Assembly: GCA_009782285.1 (NCBI GenBank) | Contig: WRJK01000008.1 | Location: 1 to 49,064 of the forward strand | Source: Clostridiales bacterium | GTDB lineage: Bacteria; Bacillota; Clostridia; Peptostreptococcales; Anaerovoracaceae | Reading direction: 5' to 3' | Length of the DNA stretch: 49,064 nucleotides | Part shown: piece by piece, positions 1 through 8,340 of the stretch | Layout of the letters: each line of letters opens with the position of its first letter | Numbering within the stretch: position 1 is the first letter of the stretch | Translations under genes and position numbers: made by a program | Notes under the pieces: generated by a model | Seen by the model: only the letters and a program-made list of their open reading frames with translations | Database searches by the model: none | Told to the model about the DNA's origin: nothing

Positions 1-32
1 TTTGCATATAGTGTTTCAAATATAAAGGAAGG

Positions 33-1382
33 GTGAGACTGGCAACTCGAGTAAAAACCATGCTATACGATCAAGAACGATTAAAAAACTTTCTGCTGTC
101 AAAAGGCGGTGCTGTTTTGCTGTCTGAACTGTACCAAGGCAGCGCTGAACACCAGCAGAGGCGCTACGTGCAAGCAGTGGAGCGGTTCGCTGGACGTTTT
201 GGCGACACCCTCGCCGCTGTTTTTTCTGCCCCAGGGCGCACCGAACTCTGCGGCAACCACACCGACCACCAGCGGGGCCGGGTGCTGGCTGCGGCTGTCA
301 CGCTCGACATCGCAGCCGTTGCTTCTCCTACTGAATCAAGGGTAATCCGCTTGTTTTCAGAGAGTTTCGACCGCATGTACGAAGTCGGCATCGACTCGCT
401 TTCCCCGCGAGCTGATGAAAAAAACACTCCTGCCGCCCTCATTCGCGGTGTAACAGCACGGCTTTCTGAGCTCGGGTACAAAGTGGGCGGGTTCAATGCC
501 CTTGCAGCGTCTCAGATTCCAGTGGGCAGTGGCTTGTCCTCGTCGGCGGCTTTCGAGGTTTTAGTCGGCACCATCCAAAACCATTTGTACAACAGTGGGA
601 AAATTTCCGCCCTTGAAATCGCAAAAATCGGGCAGTACGCTGAAAACGCCTACTTTGGAAAGCCTTGTGGGCTGCTGGACCAAGCGACTTCTTCCATTGG
701 CGGTGTCGTACACATCGATTTCAACGAGCCTAGCGCACCAGTGGTTGAAAAACTGGACATGCCTCGCTGGGGCTTTGACATTTGCATAGTGAACACCGGC
801 GGCAGCCACGCAGGACTCACCAGTGAATACGCGGACATTCCCCGCGAGATGCGCGAAGTCGCCGCTTATTTCGGATGCGAGGCTTTGCGCGAGGTGGATC
901 GCGAGAAATTCACGGCAGAAATGAGCACTATAAGAAAAACCATGCCTGACCGGGCTGTTTTGCGTGCCATGCACTTTTTCAGCGAAAATGAACGCGTCCT
1001 TCGACAGGTGGAGTCGATCAGGGAGAGGCGGTGGGGGGACTACGTAGCAGCCATGATAGAATCGGGGCACTCCTCGTTCATGCTGCTGCAAAACGTCTAC
1101 CCCTTAAGCAGTTCGGCGGAGCGCGGCAACGCCTTGGCACTTGCAGTGTCGGAAAAGCTGTTGAAAGGCAAGGGGGCTTGGCGCATCCACGGAGGCGGGT
1201 TCGCTGGGACGGTTCAGGCATTGGTTCCTTGCGATTGCACAGATGATTATCAAGAGAAAATGGAGAGCCTGTTCGGTGAAGGCAGCGTTTGCCGACTGGC
1301 CATACGCCCATGCGGCGGGCACATGCTCGCATCGTTGAGCCCTACAAGACAGGAGAGCAGCCATTGGTTATCAAGTACATAG
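33..1382 (+). CDS. galK: galactokinase (GHMP kinase family)
   Basis: Translation carries GHMP/galactokinase motifs PGRTELCGNHTDH (GRxNxIGEHTDY-like) and IPVGSGLSSSAAFEV, and a C-terminal GAWRIHGGGFAGTV block typical of GalK. Alternative start M at 60. The C-terminal ~15 aa tail overlaps the galT start. Confidence 0.8.
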   Translation: MRLATRVKTMLYDQERLKNFLLSKGGAVLLSELYQGSAEHQQRRYVQAVERFAGRFGDTLAAVFSAPGRTELCGNHTDHQRGRVLAAAVTLDIAAVASPTESRVIRLFSESFDRMYEVGIDSLSPRADEKNTPAALIRGVTARLSELGYKVGGFNALAASQIPVGSGLSSSAAFEVLVGTIQNHLYNSGKISALEIAKIGQYAENAYFGKPCGLLDQATSSIGGVVHIDFNEPSAPVVEKLDMPRWGFDICIVNTGGSHAGLTSEYADIPREMREVAAYFGCEALREVDREKFTAEMSTIRKTMPDRAVLRAMHFFSENERVLRQVESIRERRWGDYVAAMIESGHSSFMLLQNVYPLSSSAERGNALALAVSEKLLKGKGAWRIHGGGFAGTVQALVPCDCTDDYQEKMESLFGEGSVCRLAIRPCGGHMLASLSPTRQESSHWLSST

Positions 1383-2881
1383 ACGGACTGGTCGCATACG
1401 GGATCAGCAAAAACCTGATCAAGCAGCAGGACGAAACCTATGCCCGCAACAGAATACTGGAGCTGCTGCGCCTGCAGGGCAGCAGCGGCATGTGCGAATC
1501 GGCCTTCGAACGGCAGTCGGAACCGTCAGATTTGCACGATTTGCATGAGTTGTTGTCTGCTTTGACGGGCTATGCGTCAGAGAACGGGCTTTGCACGGAC
1601 ACCGACGCCTCGCGGGGGCAGTTCAGCTCGGCCTTGATGGGGCTGTTGGCGCCGCCGCCCTCTGTTGTATCCGGCCGGTTTCAAAAACTGTACAAAAAAT
1701 CGCCGGAGGCGGCCACAGACTACTTCTACGAGTTTTGCCAAGACGTCAATTACATCAGCCGCTATCGGACCGCCCTTGATGTGCGCTGGAAAACCATGAC
1801 AGAGTACGGCGAGCTTGACATCACGATAAACCTTTCCAAACCCGAGAAAGACCCCCGCGACATAGCGGCGGCGGTTGCCGCCCCAGTGGGCGGCTATCCG
1901 GCGTGTTTGCTCTGCGCAGAGAACGAAGGCTACGCCGGGAGCGCGAGCCACCCTGCGCGCCACTGCCTCAGGATTGTCCCTGTGCAGATTTGCGATGAAG
2001 CTTGGGGTTTCCAGTATTCGCCATACACCTATTACAACGAGCATTGCATAGTGCTGAATATGCGGCACACGCCCATGGTTATCGACCGCTTGGCGTTTGA
2101 CAAGCTGCTTTCTTTCGTTGCGGCTTTCCCGCACTACTTTGTGGGGTCCAACGCGGACTTGCCGATAGTGGGCGGAAGCATACTCTCCCATGAGCATTTT
2201 CAAGGCGGGCGCTACGTGTTCCCGATGGAGCGCGCACCTGTCGAGCACAGTTTCCAAGTCGAGGGGTACGGGGACGTGGACGCCGGGACTCTACGGTGGC
2301 CGATGTCGGTGATACGAATAGCTCACAGCGACCCCGGCAGGCTGGCTGGTTTGGCGGACCGCGTTTTGAACAAGTGGCGAAACTACTCTGACCCGTCTGC
2401 CGGAATTTTCGCATGCACAGGAAGCGTACCTCACAACACTGTCACGCCGATTGCGCGTTTCCGGAACGGGAAGTACGAATTCGACCTCGCGCTGCGAAAC
2501 AACATCACGACGGCAGAGCACCCGCTTGGAGTGTTCCATCCCCACGCTGAACTGCACAACATCAAAAAGGAAAACATAGGCTTGATTGAAGCAATGGGGC
2601 TGGCTGTACTGCCGCCACGCCTTCACGCAGAGATGGAAACGCTCAAATCCGCACTGCTCAGCGGACAGGGCATTACCGGCACAGAAAGCATAGCCAAGCA
2701 CACCGAATGGGTAGAATCGTGGAAGAAGCATTACAACATAACCCCTGAAAACGCAGACTGCATACTCCGCAGCGAAATCGGAAAAGCCTTTGCGCAGGCA
2801 CTGGCGCACTCCGGAGTCTTTAAGCGCGACGCAGCCGGAAAAGCCGCGTTTGCCAGGTTTGTTGAAGCGCTGGGCAACTGA
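1364..2881 (+). CDS. galT: galactose-1-phosphate uridylyltransferase, type 2 (Firmicutes-type GalT)
   Basis: N-terminal IKYIDGLVAYGISKNLIKQQDETYARNRILELL resembles the start of Gram-positive ~500 aa GalT. The ORF track opens at 1289 inside galK; a TTG at 1364 preceded by GGAGA gives ~505 aa. Start uncertain. Confidence 0.75.
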   Translation: MVIKYIDGLVAYGISKNLIKQQDETYARNRILELLRLQGSSGMCESAFERQSEPSDLHDLHELLSALTGYASENGLCTDTDASRGQFSSALMGLLAPPPSVVSGRFQKLYKKSPEAATDYFYEFCQDVNYISRYRTALDVRWKTMTEYGELDITINLSKPEKDPRDIAAAVAAPVGGYPACLLCAENEGYAGSASHPARHCLRIVPVQICDEAWGFQYSPYTYYNEHCIVLNMRHTPMVIDRLAFDKLLSFVAAFPHYFVGSNADLPIVGGSILSHEHFQGGRYVFPMERAPVEHSFQVEGYGDVDAGTLRWPMSVIRIAHSDPGRLAGLADRVLNKWRNYSDPSAGIFACTGSVPHNTVTPIARFRNGKYEFDLALRNNITTAEHPLGVFHPHAELHNIKKENIGLIEAMGLAVLPPRLHAEMETLKSALLSGQGITGTESIAKHTEWVESWKKHYNITPENADCILRSEIGKAFAQALAHSGVFKRDAAGKAAFARFVEALGN

Positions 2882-2948
2882 CATGCGCTAATATTTAACA
2901 CAATTGTCATTATTAAAACCTGCTCGCATGTGTTAATATAGTACTGTT

Positions 2949-3965
2949 ATGAAGAACATATTCACGAAGAAAAACAAGCAATTCAAATACGAAAGCAAGA
3001 TGCGAATGTTCATCAAGACCTTTGTGATGACTTTCACGCTGATCCTCATCGTTGTGACGCCTGTCCTTGCTACGGTGACGAAGATCGGCGACCTCAACCC
3101 CGGAGGCCGGGAGGCTCCTGTCATTGAAGAGGAGCTGGATTTTCTGATTTCCTCCGACAGCCCGTTCTTCGACGCTTTCACTTATTCCAAAAGAGTCAAC
3201 ATACTGGCGCTTGGGGTAAACGAGAACGAGGGCCTTACAGACACGATCATGCTCGCCAGCTTAGACATCGAAAACAAGCACTTGGACCTGATATGGATTC
3301 CCCGAGACACGTACTACTACAGGGAAGGGTACAAGAGCTCCGACTTGGCCCAATTCAAGATCAATGCCGCATACCGCAAAAATCCGCTAAATTCAGCCAA
3401 GGCTGTTTCAGAGGTGCTTATGGGCATCCCGATCAATTACTACGCAGTGTTGAGCTACGACGGCGTCGCGAGGATTGTGGACTCGATGCGCGGCGTGCCG
3501 ATGGACATACCGTTCCACATGAAGTACGACGACCCCCTCGACAAGCCGCCGCTGCACGTGAACATACCAAAAGGGGAGCAGGTCCTTGACGGGGATCACG
3601 CCATACAGTTCTTGAGGTACAGGTCAGGATACGCAGACGCAGACCTTGGCCGGATCAAGGCGCAGCAGCAGTTCATGAAAAACGCGTTCAAGCAATGCCT
3701 GAGCTTCGAATTGCCCAACATCGCAAGAACCGTTTTCAACAACGTCACCTCTGACATCAATCTCAGGACAGCGCTTTATTTGGCGGGCAAAGCGGTAGGG
3801 ATCAGCAGCGATGACATCACTACCTACATGATGCCTGTAGGTAAAGTGGACCACTATGTGCACCCCGACGTGGAGAAGATTTCGGAGATGCTTGAAGAAA
3901 TCTACTCTATTGGCCAACATGCTGAAGAAGAAGCCGAAGAAGGAGAAGGTTCAGAAGCTCATTGA
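2949..3965 (+). CDS. LytR-CpsA-Psr (LCP) family cell-envelope phosphotransferase
   Basis: N-terminal TM segment, then an LCP core (NILALGVNENEGLTDTIMLASLDIENKHLDLIWIPRDTYY; YAVLSYDGVARIVDSMRGV). Acidic C-terminal tail. Last 15 nt overlap the convergent gene 3951..5336. Confidence 0.75.
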   Translation: MKNIFTKKNKQFKYESKMRMFIKTFVMTFTLILIVVTPVLATVTKIGDLNPGGREAPVIEEELDFLISSDSPFFDAFTYSKRVNILALGVNENEGLTDTIMLASLDIENKHLDLIWIPRDTYYYREGYKSSDLAQFKINAAYRKNPLNSAKAVSEVLMGIPINYYAVLSYDGVARIVDSMRGVPMDIPFHMKYDDPLDKPPLHVNIPKGEQVLDGDHAIQFLRYRSGYADADLGRIKAQQQFMKNAFKQCLSFELPNIARTVFNNVTSDINLRTALYLAGKAVGISSDDITTYMMPVGKVDHYVHPDVEKISEMLEEIYSIGQHAEEEAEEGEGSEAH

Positions 3966-5336
3966 ATTTAAGAACCGGAGCAGCGCCTTGGCGGCGTTAA
4001 GCGGTTTGTCGCCGCTTGTGCACATCGATGCCGCGCTCAAGCCAGGGTTCCGGTTTTTAAGGACAGCCCATTCGCTTTCTTGCAGGCTTTTTTCTATTGC
4101 CGAAGCGTCGCCTAGGCCTTCTTCAAGCAGTGCGGACAATTCGCGGGCGAGCCCGTCGTCGTTTGACGTAACGGGCGAGATTTCGTTTTCGGTGCATGCC
4201 ATGCCTGAAAGCCAGCATATTGACTTGATGGTTTCTGCAAGATCTTCCGCTGTGTCAGCAGTCAAGCTTCTGGCATTGATGCCGGCTGAAAATATGCCTG
4301 TGTGGGTGGAAACAGTGCCAAGAGTGGAAACGGAAACAAGTGCGCCGTCTACGCCTGCCTGCCGCGCACCGTCGGGCGCCATGACAAGAAGGCTTGTGAT
4401 GCTGGCAAAGTCTTCTTCGGATATGACCTTGGCGGGAAGCGGGACTTCCGTGAACTCGTACGTCAAGCCCGGGTTCGCCTCTGCGCTGGTGTCCAGGTAT
4501 TTTTCGCGGGCAGCTGACACCCTCTCCGTGAACCGGCTTGAGTCGCCATCGCTTACCAGCACTGTCATAGTGGCAACGGAAGGTGGGGCGGTTATGGAGT
4601 TCCCGCCGTTGAGCGCCGCCAGTTCGAGCTTTACACCTGCTCCTTTTGCGCCGGAAACAATGCCAACAAGAGCTTTTATCGCGTTTGGCGCCGGGTTTTC
4701 CCCCTCTAAAAACCCAGAGTTTGAAACATCAAGGCCGTCGATGGTTATTTCATACGCGGTTTTGCATGTCGGGGCGACCCACCTGATTTTTCTCGTCAGG
4801 TAGTAATCAGAAATCCCTGCGCTGGCTGTCGTAATCGTGTTTTCCTTCTGGTTGTCGAGGTTGATGAGCCTGTCAGCCATCAGGTATTGCCCGTTTATTT
4901 TCTGCACACCCTGCATGTCCCCGGCTTTGTCGGCCGTCAGCAGCAGTTCCAAGGCACCGTGGTTTTCCGCGTTGGCGAGGACGAACAGTGCCGTCGCAAT
5001 GGATTTAGTGCGCTTTTCCACCTGATCCAAGGAAAGCGCACAGTGCAGTATCGTCGATTTTTCCTTTTCAAACCCGGCTGAGGCGCTTTTCGAAATTACG
5101 ACGTTGTCGTATGCATCTGAATACAAGGCATATTTATGGCTGCCAGCCCATTCAGACAGGTATTTCTTCACATCCGAAAGCGAGCCGGCTGCTTCCATGG
5201 TTTTCGACAAGTTCTTGTATTCGGACTGGAAGCTTTGGTTCACCCTGCTTCCGACAGCGACCTCGCGGGGGTCGTCGCTGAAGCCGATTGCAGCAATAAG
5301 GGATATGACGATTATAACTAACATGACCTTTTTCAT
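3951..5336 (-). CDS. secreted protein of unknown function; weak resemblance to M20C (PepD-like) dipeptidase fold with non-canonical metal ligands
   Basis: N-terminal signal peptide MKKVMLVIIVISLIAAIGFS with no lipobox Cys. Start has an RBS-like AAGGAA/GGTGA. Internal GALELLLTADKAGDMQG and LINLDNQKEN blocks recall PepD, but the HxDxV and EE motifs are not intact. Product uncertain. Confidence 0.5.
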   Translation of the reverse strand: MKKVMLVIIVISLIAAIGFSDDPREVAVGSRVNQSFQSEYKNLSKTMEAAGSLSDVKKYLSEWAGSHKYALYSDAYDNVVISKSASAGFEKEKSTILHCALSLDQVEKRTKSIATALFVLANAENHGALELLLTADKAGDMQGVQKINGQYLMADRLINLDNQKENTITTASAGISDYYLTRKIRWVAPTCKTAYEITIDGLDVSNSGFLEGENPAPNAIKALVGIVSGAKGAGVKLELAALNGGNSITAPPSVATMTVLVSDGDSSRFTERVSAAREKYLDTSAEANPGLTYEFTEVPLPAKVISEEDFASITSLLVMAPDGARQAGVDGALVSVSTLGTVSTHTGIFSAGINARSLTADTAEDLAETIKSICWLSGMACTENEISPVTSNDDGLARELSALLEEGLGDASAIEKSLQESEWAVLKNRNPGLSAASMCTSGDKPLNAAKALLRFLNSMSF

Positions 5337-5356
5337 CTTTTCACCATGAATTCCTT

Positions 5357-6529
5357 TTAGGCAGGCGTTCCGCTTGCGAAAGCCTTCTCAAGCAGGCCCA
5401 GGTAGTCCTCTTCGCTGACGTCGCGGCAATTGTCTGGCGTCGAGCCATTGACGAACGACGCCTCTGCCAGCCGGCCAAAATCGGCGCGGTCAACTCCAGG
5501 CACGTCTTTCAGCTGCGGGATGCCGATATCGTGAGCAAGCCGGCGCAGTTCCGCTACCAGCGCCGCAGATGCCGCCAGATCGTCGAGCCCCTCCACGGGC
5601 AGGCCGCATATTCTGGCTGCTTCGGCATGCTTGGCAGGGTTTGCCGGCACGTTGAATTCCGTCACAATGGGCAAAAATATGGAATTGGCCACCCCGTGCG
5701 GCGTGTCGTACAATCCCCCCAGCGCTTCTGCCAAGCAATGCACCGCTGCAACGTCTGCATGGGAAAAGGCCACGCCAGCCATTAGGGAGCCCAGCATCAT
5801 CTCGTCCCGGGCCTTTTTTGTCCCGTTTACCGCCGCTTCGCGCAGGTTCGGAAAGATGCGCCTCATCGCCTCTCTTGCCCACGCGTCCGAAAAGGGCGAC
5901 GCAGCTTTGCAGGTAAACGCTTCGATTGCGTGCACGAAAGCATCCATGCCGGTTGAGGCAGCAATCGCCGGCGGCAGGGAATAAGTAACCTGCGGATCGA
6001 CAATCGCCAGCCTTGGCGCCATTCTTATGTCCTTTATCGTCATTTTGAATTTGCGGCCAGTGTCAGTAATCACAGCAGAACGAGTCACTTCCGAGCCGGT
6101 GCCGGCTGTCGTCGGCACTGTGACCAGCGGAGTTACGGCGTTTTGCACTTTGCCGCGCCCTTCGTACTGCGCAAGCCGCCCTTCGTGGGTGTGCAGCATG
6201 GCTATTGCCTTGGCGGCGTCAAGCACTGAGCCGCCGCCCACGGCCAGGACAATGTCAGCGGCAAACTCCCTTATCAGCTCGCCTCCGGCTTCGCAGTCGG
6301 CGTCTTTCGGGTTGGGCTGGACCCGGTCGAAAAGCTCTGTTTCATATCCGTTTGATTTCAAACCGTCCAAGACAGGCTCGACAATTCCGGCCTGCATCAA
6401 GCCCGGGTCGGTCACTAGGAACACCCGCTTTCCTTCGACAGTGTTTTTTATCATTGAAGCTGCTTCGCATGCGATGCCGGCTTGAAACTCCACTTGCGTT
6501 GGCAAGGAAAAACTGTAACGCTCAAACAT
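5357..6529 (-). CDS. iron-containing (group III) alcohol dehydrogenase
   Basis: GGGSVLDAAKAIA NAD-binding motif and a conserved His cluster (HAIEAF, HCLAEALGG, TPHGVANS) typical of Fe-ADH/lactaldehyde reductase/1,3-propanediol dehydrogenase. Sits 20 nt upstream of 3951..5336 on the same strand. Confidence 0.85.
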   Translation of the reverse strand: MFERYSFSLPTQVEFQAGIACEAASMIKNTVEGKRVFLVTDPGLMQAGIVEPVLDGLKSNGYETELFDRVQPNPKDADCEAGGELIREFAADIVLAVGGGSVLDAAKAIAMLHTHEGRLAQYEGRGKVQNAVTPLVTVPTTAGTGSEVTRSAVITDTGRKFKMTIKDIRMAPRLAIVDPQVTYSLPPAIAASTGMDAFVHAIEAFTCKAASPFSDAWAREAMRRIFPNLREAAVNGTKKARDEMMLGSLMAGVAFSHADVAAVHCLAEALGGLYDTPHGVANSIFLPIVTEFNVPANPAKHAEAARICGLPVEGLDDLAASAALVAELRRLAHDIGIPQLKDVPGVDRADFGRLAEASFVNGSTPDNCRDVSEEDYLGLLEKAFASGTPA

Positions 6530-6723
6530 GTCATTTTCACCTTCCTTATCTCAATATGATTTTTGAATATTCACATATAGCGTATCACATGCGTTGAGAA
6601 GATTCAATGCAAATTTTTCGCTTTTTCAACGAAAATACAAAAATAAGGGGTTGCTGTGTGGTATAATAAGCTATTGTGTTGCTAAAACCGAGCAAAGCAA
6701 TCGGTGTAAGGAGGAAATCAAAA

Positions 6724-7482
6724 ATGGGCAACCTGAAGACGAAATTGAAGCAGAACGATTTGATAATTGGCACTTGGATTACAATTGCCAGCACCGCCGT
6801 CGCTGAAATACTGTGCCAAGCAGGCTTTGACTGGGTTGCGATTGACATGGAGCATTCGCCAATATCGTTTGCTGAAGCCCAAGAGCTGATAAGGACAATC
6901 GATCTTTGCGGGAAAGCGCCTGCGGTCAGGGTTGGCGAAAACAACGAGTACCAGATAAAGAACGTTCTTGACGCCGGCGCACGGGCGATCGTCGTGCCTA
7001 TGGTGAACAGCAAGGAAGAAGCGGAGGCGGCAGTCCGTGCAGTCAAATACCCTCCGGCAGGCAAGCGGGGCGTGGGGCTCGGCAGAGCGCAGAAGTACGG
7101 TTTTGGATTTGACGAGTACAGGGCTTGGAATGAACGGGAAAGCGTGGTTGTTGTTCAAATCGAGCATATAGACGCTGTACGCAACTTGGAGGGCATACTG
7201 GAGGTTGAGGGCATTGACGCAACTTTTGTCGGCCCCTACGACCTTTCAGGGTCGCTGGGCCAGCCCGGAAATTTCCACATGCCTGAATTCAAACAGGCGC
7301 TTGCAGAATACGAAACGCTCTCCAAGAAGCACAAAATGCCCATGGGGTACCATGTCGGATCACCGGATGCAAAGCTGGCGGAAAGCAAGGCAGCGTCGGG
7401 CTACAGGCTGTTGACAGTAAGCTCGGACGCCATGTTCATGGGGCAGAAATGCAGGGAAACGCTTGCAGGGATGCTATATTGA
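6724..7482 (+). CDS. HpcH/HpaI family 2-keto-3-deoxy-acid aldolase
   Basis: IGTWITIASTAVAEILCQAGFDWVAIDMEHSP...AVRVGENNEYQIKNVLDAGARAIVVPMVNSKEEAE matches the HpcH/HpaI aldolase fold. Start chosen at ATG 6724 after AGGAGGAAATCAAAA; the ORF track gives 6676. Confidence 0.8.
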   Translation: MGNLKTKLKQNDLIIGTWITIASTAVAEILCQAGFDWVAIDMEHSPISFAEAQELIRTIDLCGKAPAVRVGENNEYQIKNVLDAGARAIVVPMVNSKEEAEAAVRAVKYPPAGKRGVGLGRAQKYGFGFDEYRAWNERESVVVVQIEHIDAVRNLEGILEVEGIDATFVGPYDLSGSLGQPGNFHMPEFKQALAEYETLSKKHKMPMGYHVGSPDAKLAESKAASGYRLLTVSSDAMFMGQKCRETLAGMLY

Positions 7483-7499
7483 GAGCGGAGGGGATTGAA

Positions 7500-8045
7500 A
7501 TGGAATCAAGGAACATATTGCTGAGAAATACGCGTTTTGACGATTTTATACACTTTGCCGAATGGGAAAAGCAAAAACAGGTCACGGACTTTTTGAGCAT
7601 CGAAGAAGGCAGGTCGTATGAGGAGATTGTCAGGGAATCAATACTGCGGGAGTCGGACCCGTCCAAGCTTCAGTTCACAATCGTCCTGAAAGAGGAGGGC
7701 GAGCCAATAGGGAGGGTGTACATCAGCAGGATCGACCGCGAAGCGGATTCGCTGGACATCACGAGGATTTACATTGCCGACATGAAGCACAGGGGGCGGG
7801 GCTTTGGCGAGGAGGCCATGCTGCTAATCCTTGAATACAGTTTCATGGGCCTTCACATGGAGCGGGTCACCCTTGACCACTACACGGGGAATTCGGTCGC
7901 ATCGTCGCTTTACCTGAAATTGGGGTTCCAGTACGAAGGCGTGGCAAGGAACGCATGCAAAAAGGACGGAAAGTACTACGACCTTAATCTTATGTCCATG
8001 ACAAGGGCAGAGTACTTCGAAAAAGTCCATGTTAAGAAATACTAA
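7500..8045 (+). CDS. GNAT family N-acetyltransferase (RimJ/RimL-like)
   Basis: Acetyl-CoA binding pattern RGRGFGEEAMLLILEYSF and C-terminal YLKLGFQYEGVARN. Start ATG 7500 after GGAGGGG; the ORF track gives 7449. Confidence 0.7.
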   Translation: MESRNILLRNTRFDDFIHFAEWEKQKQVTDFLSIEEGRSYEEIVRESILRESDPSKLQFTIVLKEEGEPIGRVYISRIDREADSLDITRIYIADMKHRGRGFGEEAMLLILEYSFMGLHMERVTLDHYTGNSVASSLYLKLGFQYEGVARNACKKDGKYYDLNLMSMTRAEYFEKVHVKKY

Positions 8046-8231
8046 ACAGTAAAATTATTATGTAAATTTCGTAGTGCCGTATGTAGCATTAATAGCGATG
8101 TTTTCCTGCTTGTGCAGGAAATTTTGCGACTTGCAGGAAGGCTGCCTGCTTAAGTAACCAATAAAAATGCGTGTTAAAAACCAACTTGACAAGCAATGTA
8201 AAAAATAAATATGCAAAAAGTAAAAACCATA

Positions 8232-8260
8232 TTGACTGTTTCCCTCAGAAGACTTATAAT
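8232..8260 (+). promoter_or_regulatory. sigma-A type promoter for nrdDG (TTGACT-17 bp-TATAAT)
   Basis: Exact TTGACT at 8232-8237 and TATAAT at 8255-8260 with a 17 bp spacer, about 80 nt upstream of nrdD in an AT-rich intergenic region. Confidence 0.65.
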
Positions 8261-8271
8261 TTTTAATGCAC

Positions 8272-8287
8272 CTACAATATATAGTAT
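8272..8287. promoter_or_regulatory. candidate NrdR operator (NrdR box) overlapping the nrdD transcription start
   Basis: ctaCAATATATAGtat matches the core of the published NrdR-box palindrome acaCwAtATaTwGtgt at 10 of 10 core positions. It lies inside an imperfect palindrome CTACAATATATAG/TATATACATTGTAG. A second box is not clearly seen. Confidence 0.5.
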
Positions 8288-8340
8288 ATACATTGTAGGG
8301 CATTCAGGAAAAAGCACTATGATAAAACGTAGGGGGCATC

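Noticed and set aside
8287-8300. Second NrdR box (tatacattgtaggg) directly after the first
   Set aside because: Only a partial match. It is better explained as the right arm of one extended imperfect palindrome.
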